Shown here: piece after piece, positions 40,201 to 49,300 of the stretch
Layout: every line of letters starts with the position of its first letter
Position numbering within the stretch: position 1 is the first letter of the stretch
From: a virus
Strand: one strand, 5' to 3'
DNA: 64,000 bases
IMG/VR virus record: IMGVR_UViG_3300023180_006024
The notes under the pieces: generated by a model
Seen by the model: only the letters and a program-made list of their open reading frames with translations
Databases searched by the model: none
What the model was told of the DNA's origin: nothing
Position numbers and translations under genes: made by a program

Positions 40201-40202
40201 AT
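34176..40202 (-). CDS. Giant repeat protein with C-terminal GT-A glycosyltransferase-like domain
   Basis: 15 tandem ~102-aa repeats plus a terminal domain with WIVDAD and YGYGAVKL. Confidence 0.75.
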   Translation of the reverse strand: MSTAFDKFEKFGKKVYNGQDVLKNHFLNTWPIHRTDNPEDETQALQYKDQAEWVWIIHEDLDLLDTFPLYVRPTAKGKVQVFPYVYKSSHRIKTYEWCKLCPTRFTTELREKHDHIAGVYDVYQGKSQFDLFFIGDENSTQYKKLLDRFPHAQCVDAIDTAQALSETDMLWIVPDDIDVTPIFKFSYQPDDWSQKYAHMFRNGDSQDGIVLLPKFYELTDKEVDHRFYINKKEVKILASNPVPYDKPIINSYDDYLHALENSKTEMFWYVPNDVEVDDDFDFGLYFDHHVKFDRNINHVFLNDQSYDGIALFSKNAKVSKKEFEHRFYTHKKEHEVVASRPKKFDQFVVNNYDDYKLALERSSTEMFWAVPDDVVVKSDFEFDLYFNYHNQYDRNITHVFLNNDMYDGIALLSKNVSLSEKEINNRFFVKKKEHNIVASFPKSYDIFEVDNYQDYLDAVENTTTDLFWMSSKNLNILDYDVIENFYISYHSVIDRNQHHSFLHAANNDTFRTGLYLINKNKKLTKKEVEHRFVAKRKEWDVVLSTAVSYDIFNVETYEDYLYALDNTKTEMFYATSPNISIDFDFNQYFEHSNEYDRKTNHAFIHQVNGKDLYNGLWLMSIHNPVSQKEIEHKHLLKRKEWNIIASKPVIYDEFVVETYQDYLNALENTKTEMFWGVTNNVDFYSGMVKDLYFSHDNTYDRNINHAFIHRVDNEDFYNGIFLFSKNCIVTEKEIEYRHLINVKHWNIVASGAKQYDKFIIETYEDYKIALEKSTTELFWADSENIDTSSFDFSSIYFTHDNTYDRTHNHAFAHGVDGNILYNGLFLLSKHSPITPKELEYRHIINVKEWLTIASKPITYPLYIVDSFEDYEMAFYNNGPEMFWMSSANIDTSDFDFSSVYFSHDNQYDRKINHAFKHVVDDKEYYNGLFLISRHCPISKKEVEHRFLVNRKEWDIVASGPKKYEVYTVDSWQDYKFAMDTCETEMFWMTSKNIDTSDFDFDIYFTHDNEYDRNINHAFIHEVKDEQLYNGLFLMSINKPVTEKEIQYRHIAECKYWDIVASKPKTYDKFIVESYDDYLEALDNSTTEMFWATSRNVDDSNFDYSLYFSHDNVFDRNMNHAFLHCDDKYNGIFLLSINKPITSKEIEYRHIIDVKQWKSPCTKAKQYDSFVIDTYDDYVEAFSKTQTEMFWGLSSYTKLCAPLDIYFTHDNEYDRNTNHQFLHKGNQTSYNGVILYSKHSPVTEKEVEHKHIVKRKEWDIILSESKQYDIFNIDTYEDYLVAVDNTKTELFWAKTHNINTDNFDFSIVFDWNNEYDRKTNHAFIHNVDGKKMYNGLFLLSKHTPVTEKEILYRHIVNAKEWDIEASTKVVYDKFNIETYMDYVNALESSNTEMFWGCSNNIDTSDFDFNIYFSHDNDYDRKQNHSFIHQVGDKKLRNGLFLFSKHRPVTQREVEYRHLLAGKEWNTVASKSVMYNKFTINSYDDYLTALDTCKTEMFWGVPSDLDILDFDFDIYFSHDNRYDRETNHVFLNGEHYDGVVLFTKHSPVTRKEVENRFYANSKKWETVVSKPKPYDIFNIETYDDYLEAIEDSSTEMFWATTPNIKINNDFDLTMYFSHHNSYDRSINHTFVHKVNNEDLHNGLFLLTKRSPLTQKEIEHRLVAKRKEWNIVASGPIKYEKFIINTYSDYEHALKKSKTEMFWMIPPEVNIADNFDFDMYFSHNQWFERNTNHVFKNGDAWDGISLVSKKVPVTEREINMRFLTNKKQHEVIASYPTLYDIVFISKDEEHANENFENLLQKFPERTIHRVHGVEGIHQAHIMAAQTAETDMIWIVDADAQIVDNFNFDYYVPAYDPDSRKTVHVWKSQNPINGLIYGYGAVKLLPRDLTINMDTSKPDMTTSISPLFKTVNRVSNITKFNTDEFSTWRSAFRECVKLSARAIDGQLDDETEFRLNAWCTRGKDKLFGDAAISGAIHGKKYGENNRGNLEALRKINDFDWLRQQFDNFKNSL
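34878..39473 (-). repeat. 15 tandem ~306-bp (~102-aa) coding repeats
   Basis: Consensus YD.F.I.TY.DY..A....TEMFW......DFDF..YFSHDN.YDR..NHAF....YNG.FL.SK..P.T.KE.E.R.....KEW...AS; counted by eye. Confidence 0.9.
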
Positions 40203-40801
40203 TGTAAATCTTTTAACCTAAATGATTTTGTTCCGTAATGTGCTATTTCTTGACTTAGAGCTGCATCTACATAGATTTCAAATCCAGCGTCATTTGCGTT
40301 TTTACAGAAAAAAATATCTTCGCCGCTTAAATCTTTTGTATCTTCGTTGTACAAATACTGATGATACGGTTTAGAAATATATTTATATACATGTGTTTTT
40401 ACCAACATACAGCCCATAGCAACTGCCCAAATTTTATGTAAACCTTGGTGTGCATCTAATCTTACATTTAGATTGCTTGAATCGGGCCAAGCAGTGATAT
40501 TGTATGGCGGTACTCTTGTGCTGTATGCTGCTGCAACAATATCTTTATCATGCTCTAATAAAGTGTTTATTGTTGCAGAAGGTACATGCATGTCACTATC
40601 TAACCACATAATATGTGTAGCATCATACTCTAAGGCTTGATCTACTAATGTGTTTCTTTGCTGAGGTATAACCGAACCTAAGTTAATAAAGATTTTAAAA
40701 TCAATGTTATTTTTTGTCAACAAAGAAGAAATATTAGATAAACTTAGTGCAAATCCTGCATGAACATAGTCTCGTGCAGGCACACATATTGCTACTTTCA
40801 T
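40199..40801 (-). CDS. GT2-like glycosyltransferase
   Basis: ICVPAR, QRN, WLDSDM, GCMLV, GEDIFFC, H.G. Confidence 0.8.
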   Translation of the reverse strand: MKVAICVPARDYVHAGFALSLSNISSLLTKNNIDFKIFINLGSVIPQQRNTLVDQALEYDATHIMWLDSDMHVPSATINTLLEHDKDIVAAAYSTRVPPYNITAWPDSSNLNVRLDAHQGLHKIWAVAMGCMLVKTHVYKYISKPYHQYLYNEDTKDLSGEDIFFCKNANDAGFEIYVDAALSQEIAHYGTKSFRLKDLQ

Positions 40802-41208
40802 TAGACGATTTCTTCAGAAATAGTATCCAAGTTAAGTTGTTTTTCAGCACCAATAGTGCTTTCGTTTAGATCTCTTGCTTTGCCTACAGCAATCTTAACT
40901 GCTTCTTTAAAATCTTCACTAGGAAGAGAACTCATTACAACCATATTTTCAGGTTGAACTTTACCTAAAGTTAATAAGTCTGCTGCTGCTTTGTGTGCAA
41001 TGACGTTAATCCAATGAGTTCTGTCGTCTTGTTCTACACGATCAGGATGATTTACCTCAGCTTCTGATTCGCCACCTAAAATAGATTCTACAATCTCATT
41101 ATAAATGTCTTCATCTTCTAGGTTTAGTGAATCTAGTTTAAGTAGCTTTCTAGATTTGCTAAACTCCGTAGAAAGTTCAACATTGAGTATTTGGTATTTT
41201 GAATACAT
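40801..41208 (-). CDS. Hypothetical acidic protein (possible fibre chaperone)
   Basis: GGAG SD precedes ATG 41208. Confidence 0.6.
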   Translation of the reverse strand: MYSKYQILNVELSTEFSKSRKLLKLDSLNLEDEDIYNEIVESILGGESEAEVNHPDRVEQDDRTHWINVIAHKAAADLLTLGKVQPENMVVMSSLPSEDFKEAVKIAVGKARDLNESTIGAEKQLNLDTISEEIV

Positions 41209-41230
41209 GTATATCTCCATTATTTGTTAT

Positions 41231-41259
41231 AATATATATAACTAAGTTTGTTTTGTCAA
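41231..41259 (-). promoter_or_regulatory. Sigma70-type promoter TTGACA-N17-TATATT
   Basis: Read directly from the sequence. Confidence 0.6.
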
Positions 41260-41266
41260 GTGATTT

Positions 41267-43285
41267 TTATGGTATTTCATAACTATGAACATAACCAGCT
41301 TGATCTCTTAATATCATAGCCGTTCCTGTTGAATTTACATCCATTCCAGTTACAGCACTAATGTACCATGGAAGTGTAAATGTTCCGGTTATTGATGCAC
41401 TGTTACTACGAAACGGAGTTGGAAGTGAAATTTCGTAAATAATAGCTCTATCAACTAAACGTGTTTGAGTATACCTTGCGTTATAAGCCACCCAAACTTT
41501 ATCTCCTTCAGGAGACATAGCAAAACATCTTGCAAAGTATGACGCAGATGCCTTTCCTGTTATATTTGACAAGTTTAAAGAACTATAAAAACTTGCAGCA
41601 CTAGGACTACTGATTACGCTGCTTGTTCCTCTGCTGAATACTAGTGTTTGTGCAGTAGTGTTCCATTGTAAATATGCATGATAGATATATGGATACGTTG
41701 GTAGATACGTTGGGCTGTATGCTTGAAAATGTTGTACTTGAAAATCTGTAGTTACTGTGCTACCAATGGTTCTACTAGCATAACTATTACTTACACCATT
41801 AGCAATAGTTCCTGCTGAGTTTAACCTTCTATACATCAAAACATAGGTACCATTATAGTTAATAACTTGTGATATACCTATACTTGATTGCGGATGCATT
41901 TTCATGCTCATAACATTTTGAGGTGTACTTGAACTAAAATAAAAAGGCATTGCAGCAGTATGTGCCCAAGATCCAGAAGCTTGACTTGAGTTAATACTTG
42001 AAAAGTCGTAAGCAGTAGGCATGTCTTGTTCAATATATTCACGATTAATTATAGATAAAAAGGATGTTCCGTTTAGATTCCAACATACGCCACCTTCCAT
42101 AAGACCGTTATTGGTAGCATTAAGACCAGTATATTGCAACTCAGCTTGATCATCAAAATGCCACAAACTTAAATGTGCACCACTGTGTCTATTTGGTTTT
42201 GTGGTTTTAGTACTCCATGTTGACAAGTCCCATGCTGTGCTAAGTTCGTATGCAGTTATATATCCATTGTAGGTTCCAGGACCTCCGGCAACTAACTGTG
42301 TTCCATTTGGGGCAAATGCAACTGGTGCAATTCTTCCATATGTTGGAAGATCTGGGCCTCCAGTTTGTGTAGTAGTAGTACTGGGTTTCCAGTCAAACCA
42401 AGCTGTTCCACTATGAGTTTTCATGTCCATTGTTTTACCAGCAATGTAATATGCCCAAAAATGAAAACCATCGTCAGCAAAGCCACCTCTATAAAATGCT
42501 GTGCTTGTATTGTCAACTAATCCTACTAGATTTGGAAAACTTCCATCATATAATCCAGCAAATGTATAAGGTGTTCCCCCTGGCATTGTTCTATAGATTT
42601 CCCAGGAGCATTCTCCTGTAGATTTTTCACCCATGTAACAGAACATATAGCCACCATCTCTCCAAGCAATACCATTTCTTCCAGAATATCCTGAGTTTCG
42701 TTGTTGGTCTGTAAATGTTTCATCCGGTGTTGCACTAGCAGTACTAGTATCAAACGGTGTTGTACAAGTTCTAATAATAGCACCTTCGATGCCAAAGCCC
42801 AATGTGGTATTATGTTGTGTCAAAACTTTTGTACCGTCGGAGTTAAAGTCGATTTGATTTGCGCCTTTGTTAGTAGGTTCGTCTATATAAATGTCTGGAA
42901 CACCGTCACCTACTAAACTGGTTAAATCGTATGGATTTGGAATATTCCAAATAGCAGTCATTTCGCTACCAGAACTGCTTTGCCAAGCAACAGCAAGTTT
43001 TGATCCTCCATCTACCCACTGAGCATTGTAACTAGCACTTGTACCAGTGTACAGATAAGGAACTGGTTTGTTTGTTAATCCTCCACCCGGAACCAAAGAA
43101 GAAACAATCCAGTTATTACCACTAGTTGTAAGTCCGCCAAATGTTGCACTTAGAAATATAGTTGAACCAACTGAAATACCTAAATATGATCCTAAAACGC
43201 TCATTACAATAGGTGTACCGCTTGCACCAAAATAGTTGCGTACTTCTGTCATTGTTATTTGAGAGCCGGTAGGGGGTAATGCCAT
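41267..43285 (-). CDS. Putative fibre-tip adhesin with beta-propeller-like repeats
   Basis: Short MALP.TG..I.M...R..FG N-terminal module; repeats such as YELSTAWDLST, IPNPYDLTS, TTPFDTSTA, MPTAYDFSS; follows the fibre gene. Confidence 0.55.
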   Translation of the reverse strand: MALPPTGSQITMTEVRNYFGASGTPIVMSVLGSYLGISVGSTIFLSATFGGLTTSGNNWIVSSLVPGGGLTNKPVPYLYTGTSASYNAQWVDGGSKLAVAWQSSSGSEMTAIWNIPNPYDLTSLVGDGVPDIYIDEPTNKGANQIDFNSDGTKVLTQHNTTLGFGIEGAIIRTCTTPFDTSTASATPDETFTDQQRNSGYSGRNGIAWRDGGYMFCYMGEKSTGECSWEIYRTMPGGTPYTFAGLYDGSFPNLVGLVDNTSTAFYRGGFADDGFHFWAYYIAGKTMDMKTHSGTAWFDWKPSTTTTQTGGPDLPTYGRIAPVAFAPNGTQLVAGGPGTYNGYITAYELSTAWDLSTWSTKTTKPNRHSGAHLSLWHFDDQAELQYTGLNATNNGLMEGGVCWNLNGTSFLSIINREYIEQDMPTAYDFSSINSSQASGSWAHTAAMPFYFSSSTPQNVMSMKMHPQSSIGISQVINYNGTYVLMYRRLNSAGTIANGVSNSYASRTIGSTVTTDFQVQHFQAYSPTYLPTYPYIYHAYLQWNTTAQTLVFSRGTSSVISSPSAASFYSSLNLSNITGKASASYFARCFAMSPEGDKVWVAYNARYTQTRLVDRAIIYEISLPTPFRSNSASITGTFTLPWYISAVTGMDVNSTGTAMILRDQAGYVHSYEIP

Positions 43286-43308
43286 TTATAAATTGTCCTA
43301 TTTTACTT

Positions 43309-43337
43309 ATTTTAACAAAAAGAATCTAAGATGTCAA
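43309..43337 (-). promoter_or_regulatory. Sigma70-type promoter TTGACA-N17-TAAAAT (extended TGn)
   Basis: Read directly from the sequence. Confidence 0.65.
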
Positions 43338-43339
43338 CA

Positions 43340-43362
43340 AGTAAGGGCTTGATGCCCTTACT
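43340..43362 (-). terminator. Stem-loop after the giant fibre gene
   Basis: AGTAAGGGC-N5-GCCCTTACT followed by TGTT; weak U-tract. Confidence 0.6.
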
Positions 43363-46300
43363 CTATTTATCTATCAACTTCTTGACCATTTCTTTAAGTT
43401 GATCTATTTCTTCCTGTTGTTCTTTTATAGCTTCGATTAAAAGAGGAACCATCTTTTCATACTTAACTGTTAAGTAATCCTCTCCTGATTTACTTCCAAT
43501 GTCGTCACCAGTCTGTTCATCACGTAGTCTATCAAACGGTGCATAATCAACTGCTTGTGGTAATACTTTTTGAACTTGTTGTGCAAGTACACCTGCATCG
43601 TTGACTTTTATAGTTGGATTAAATCCTAGTTCTTCTACTTCATCAATCCAATCATAATGCACACCTTGTAGTTGCTTAACTTTATCAATTGCATTTTCAA
43701 TAGGACGAATATTTGTTTTCAATCTTTCATCTGATGAATATGCTGTTACTTCGCCTGTTGCTGTAAACGATGCCGAAACATCAACAGTAGTATTGTTACA
43801 AGTTAGTCGAGTACCACCATTGTAATACAATCTAAAGTAACTGTTTCTTACAGCTAAGAAGTGTGCCTCGTTATCAACATCGTTATATAGATATGTGCTT
43901 GAGCTACCATCGTGCATTAACACAATGCGTCCGTCAATGCTAAGACCTTCCCAGCCGTTTACGCCGGAACCACTTGTTTGTATAGTACCATACTGTCCTG
44001 TAACATCGGTAATACCTCTAGTGCTGTCAACCCTAATAATACCGTCTGCACGTAAGTTACCTGGTGTGTATATACCGTTTGTAAACTCACTAGCATTATT
44101 CATACGCAACCAACCGTCATCAAAATCTGCACTCAATGCTGTTCTACTGTTAAACGCAATACCTCTATTATCGCTTGTGCTATTACCAGTAAAATCAATG
44201 ATATCGTCGCTTGTGCTTGAATAATCATAAGTTCCGCTTGCAGTATCATTTGCATCACTGCGTATAAACGACCCACTATCAATACCATCTATAGTGTCAG
44301 CATCAAGTCCTGAACCTGATCCATCGTTGCCAGAGTGCCAAACAGTATGTGCTGTTGCAGTGCCATTGTCATAAAACTTAAGACCATTAATACCGCTGCC
44401 AATATCAAGTCTTTCGCCTGTAGCATCTGATGCTAATCTTAATGTGCCGCCGTTTACATATTGCATGTAAGCACGTCTTGTTGTACCTTGATACCATCCA
44501 ATATAAGGAGAGTTGTTTGTTGTAGGAGCAACAATCTTAAATACTTCTCCGTCTCTTTGGAAAGTTATCTGTCCAGTTGCAGTGTCATTTGCATCACTAC
44601 GTAAGAAACTAGCACCTTGAATACCATCAACAGTATCAGCATCAACGCTTGTAAGTCCACTACCATTACCAGTAAATGTGTTTGTACCAATATTAACATC
44701 GCCAAAGTTGCTGGTAATACTACCTGCATCTAATGCACCTGTACCAGTAATGCCTGTGTAACTTCCACTTATTCTTGCGTTAGGCACTGTACCTGATCCA
44801 AGATTATCTGCATTAAGAGATGTAATACCACTACCACTACCTGTTATACTTCCAGTAACACTTAGGTTATTAGAAACGGTAGTTGTAGTATTGTTTACTT
44901 CTAGTCTCTCTACACCTGCTGTAACAACACGCCATTGATCGGTTGCATGGAACTGAATATAGTTGTTGCTATCACCTGTGTGGTAGATTCTATCAGCAAG
45001 TGCAATATCTTCAACACCTGTAATCACATTGCCATTCAAGTTTGTAGCACCAAGACTTACACTACCGGTTGCAGTCAAGTTACTTGTACCTATATCAATA
45101 TTTCCAAATCCGCTTGTTATAGACCCGCTTCCAAGTGCACCAGTTCCTGTAATACTTGATTGGTGTTGTGTAATACTGGTAGCAGCAATTCTGCCATCTG
45201 GTACAGTACCGCTTGTAAGTTGGCTTGCATTAAGTGCAGTCAAGTTTGTACCAACACCACTAAAGCCTGTTGTGCCACTAAATGTAAATGTTGTGGTATT
45301 TACGCTCAAGTTTACACCAGGTACACTAAACAAATCGTTGCTTGCATTACCAATAATAATAGCATTACTTGTAGTATTTGCTGCTGTTTCAACGTTATAA
45401 CCAATAAGAACGTTATTACTACCAGTTGTTAATGTATCGCCTGTGAATGCACCAATAGCAACGTTATTATCTCCAGTTACAAGTTCAAGTGCTTCAATAC
45501 CAACACTAGTGTTATAATCACCAGCAGTACTGTTTGATTGCGAACTTTTACCTATTGCTGTGTTACCTGCACCTGCATTAGTTCTTTGCTCCATTGCATT
45601 TGCACCAACTGCTGTGTTGTTGCTCACAGTTGTTACAGCGTTTAATGCATTGTAGCCTAGTGCAGTATTTCTGTCACCTGTTAGTCCTCCTGCAAATGTA
45701 GCATCACCAATACCTGTGTTAAACTGTGCACCCGTACCAATGCTGCCGCCTTCACCAAACACCAAGTTTGTTGCTTCGCCTTGATTGCCTCTACCAATCC
45801 TATGACCATTTACAGTAATATCGCTTGTAAATGTTTTACCTGCTTGACTAGTTGGCAATCTAGCATCGTTTACAGTTCCACTTGACAAGTTAGTTGCATT
45901 AAGTGCTGTAATATTTGCACCATTACCGTAGAATCCTGATCCTGTGTAAATCTTTTTAGCAACACCTAAACCGCCGCCAACACGCACAGCACCACTAGTA
46001 CTATTGCTTGCATCACTAGTATCACTAAATGTTTTTACACCTGCCATTGTTTGGTTACCGCCTAGGCGTGTACCTTGTACAGTACCTGATGTTAGCTGAC
46101 TTGCATTTAAATCTGTAAGTCCGCTGCCATTACCAGTAAATGTGCTTGTACCGATGTTGATGTTTCCAAAACCAGTTGTGATACTACCGCTATTAAGTGC
46201 ACCAGTACCTGTAATACTTGCTTGGTGTTGAGTTACGTTACTAACAGCAATACGAGCATCAGCTAGTGTACCACTATCAATATTAGATGCTGCAATGCTA

Positions 46301-49300
46301 CCTGTAAAGCTGGCACCATGTACTGCACCACCTACACCTAGTCCGCCTGTTATGACAAGCGCACCTGTGCTTGTACTAGTAGCACTAGTGTTATTTGTAA
46401 CGGTTGTTAATCCACTTGCTGTAAGAGTTGTAAATGCACCAGTTGAAGGTGTTGTTCCTCCGATTGGAACATTGTCGATAGCAGGTATAGTTAATGTTCC
46501 TGAAATACCAACATTGCCTGCGACACTTATATCATCTGCAAAACTAACAGTGCTTGTTGCGGCGCCAACATTGATTGTAGCTGCGCCTCCTCCAAAGTTT
46601 ACTGTTGTAGCATTTGTGTTTAGTAAGTTAAATGATGTTTGGTTTGTTGTAATATCGCCACCGTCAACATTTAAATCGCCATCAACATCAAGATCGTTGT
46701 TAACACTTGTAGTACCTGTTGCAGCACCAATGTCAACTGCTGTAGCTGCACCAAATGCATTCACTGTAGTTGCATTTGTATTCAACAAGTTAAATGTTGT
46801 TTGGTTTGTTGTGATATCGCCACCGTCGACATTTAAATCAAGATCAACATCTAAGTTATTGTTAATACTTGTAGTGCCAGTTGATGCACCGATGTCTATA
46901 GCAGTTGCACTACCACCAAAGTTGATTGTAGTAGCTGTGTCATCAAACAATGCCATTGTGGTGCTTGCTGCCTCAATGCCAGTTGTAAACTCAGGAGATG
47001 TAGCAAAAACTGCTGCACCTGTTCCTGTTTCGTCACTTAACACGCTTGCAAGTTGCGCACTAGTTGTTGCAGCGAACTGATTCAATCCTGTTTCAGTTCT
47101 TGCTAATGTACCGCTTGTTGGAAGTGTTACACTTGTATTACCTGTTGTTGTAAGTCCAAGAGTGTGAGCACCAGTGTGTGTAAAGCTACCTCCTAGTGTG
47201 ATAGTTTTACTACCATTGTTTACACCTGTACCACCGTAAGTTGGATTAATGACTGTAGCTTGCCATGTACCTGTGTTAACAGTACCTAGTTGTTGTAAAC
47301 TACTATTTACAACATTAGTACCAAGTGTTGTTGACGTTAAAACATTATTGCCATTTATACGATATGCTTTTGCACTTGCAAGTTCAAAGTTTTCACTGCT
47401 TGTCCAACTATCAGTAGCATCTACCCAGTTAATAGTTTTATCAGTTGTTCCTTTTAAGGTAATACCACCACCGTCTGCTGTAACATCAGTTGGTGTTGCA
47501 ACATTGCCAAGTTCGATATTTTTATCTTCAACAATAAGTGTTGCACTATCAACTGTGGTTGTTGTACCATTAACTGTAAGATTTCCTGTTATTTCAACGT
47601 CACCTGCAATGTTTGTATTACCTGTAGTATACGCCATTGTTACTTTATTCAAGCCGTCGCCAAAGTTAAAGTTACCATCTTGATCAACTTGCATACGTCG
47701 AGTACCGGCTGTGTAGAAGTCTAAGTCGTCATTGTCAGTACCTGATGTTGTTTCGGCCACAATGTAAGTATCTTGGTCAACGTCGATTACACCGCCTAAA
47801 CCACTCCAGTTTGTTCCATCATATCCTTCAAATTGTCCGTCTGTTGAGTTGTAACGAACTTGACCTTGTGCTGCTGTAGGTCTTTCAGCAGTTGTACCAA
47901 CTGGAAGTTTTACAGCACTTGTATCACTAAAGTTTGTGTATCCAGTTACTGTAACATCGCCTTCGGTATCAATGGTCATTCTTGTTGTTGATGTTTGTAA
48001 TGTTTCTCCACTAGTACCTGTTTGACCAGTTTTGATTATAACACTACCTCCAGTTGCATTACCTGTGCTTAATCCGCCTTGTATAGTGATATCGCCGCCG
48101 GCAATGTTTGTTCCTAGACCGTTTTCGCCTCTAATAACTGCACTCGAAGTACTTGCACTAGCTTCTGCACTACCAAAGATAACATCTCTATTTCTAATAA
48201 CCATTGTATTATCTTTAGAAATAGTACCTTGCACTACTACATTGGCAGCAGTCACATTTGCAGCAGTTCTAACTGTAAATGATGTTGCATCAATAGTTGC
48301 GCCACTTACTGGCCATGTACCATCTAAGTTTGTGACATTACTTCCAGAAATAATAATAGAATCGCCTGCACGGACACCAAGTGTTTCAGGTGTATAAGTA
48401 AATGTTATTTCTGTTGATGTTAATACAGTACCTGTGGTTTCTGCACTCAAAAATACTTCAGTTTCGGTTACACCAGTAACAGTTGTGTTAGCAGGAATAC
48501 TTCCGCTTCCTGTTACTGTCATACCATATTTTACACCAGTAGTGTCTGTAAATACCAAAGTTTTTTCAGCATTAGCAGTTGCTTCACTAGTATCTAAAGC
48601 AATACTTGCTAGGTTTACAACAACGTCTTGAGATGCTGTTGCTTCATAATCTAGAGCAAAACTTGTAATATCTCTCGTGTCGCTAGACTTACCTATTTTT
48701 ACATTGTGTGCATCGCCTCCAAGTTCTAAAGTCGTAACATTAGTATTATAAACTTGACCTAGAGCATCGCTTGAAGAGCTAAGTTTAGCTGAACCAACGT
48801 CTAGTCCTTCAGCAAGGTCAAGTGCTGTACCCCACTCAGGTGTACTACCGTTTGACTTTAAGAAAGTATTTGCACGACCGATGTTCAAAGTATTTAATGT
48901 ACCTGACGATTGTGCATAAAGTATATCACCTTGTGCATAGGTTGTTATAGCTGTGCCACCTCTATCAACAGGAACTGCACTTGTTAAGTTAGCAGGGTTT
49001 AAGAAGTATGCACTATCAAGTCCGTCAAGTGTACCAGCATCAACAATACCATCTTTAATGAATACTTCACCACTACCGTTTGAGTTAACATCAAACTGTG
49101 TTTGCAAGAAACGACTTACACCTAGTGTACTAAATGTACCTCCAGCATCATAGTCGGCATTTGCAATACCAATATTTACTGGATCACCATAATACTCACC
49201 TGCTGTGTTTAAACCAGTAAGAGTAATAGGGTTATCTGTTGTATTAGCTTTTTTCAAGGTTTGAACAACAACCTTGTATTCACTGTTACCAAACAATGCT

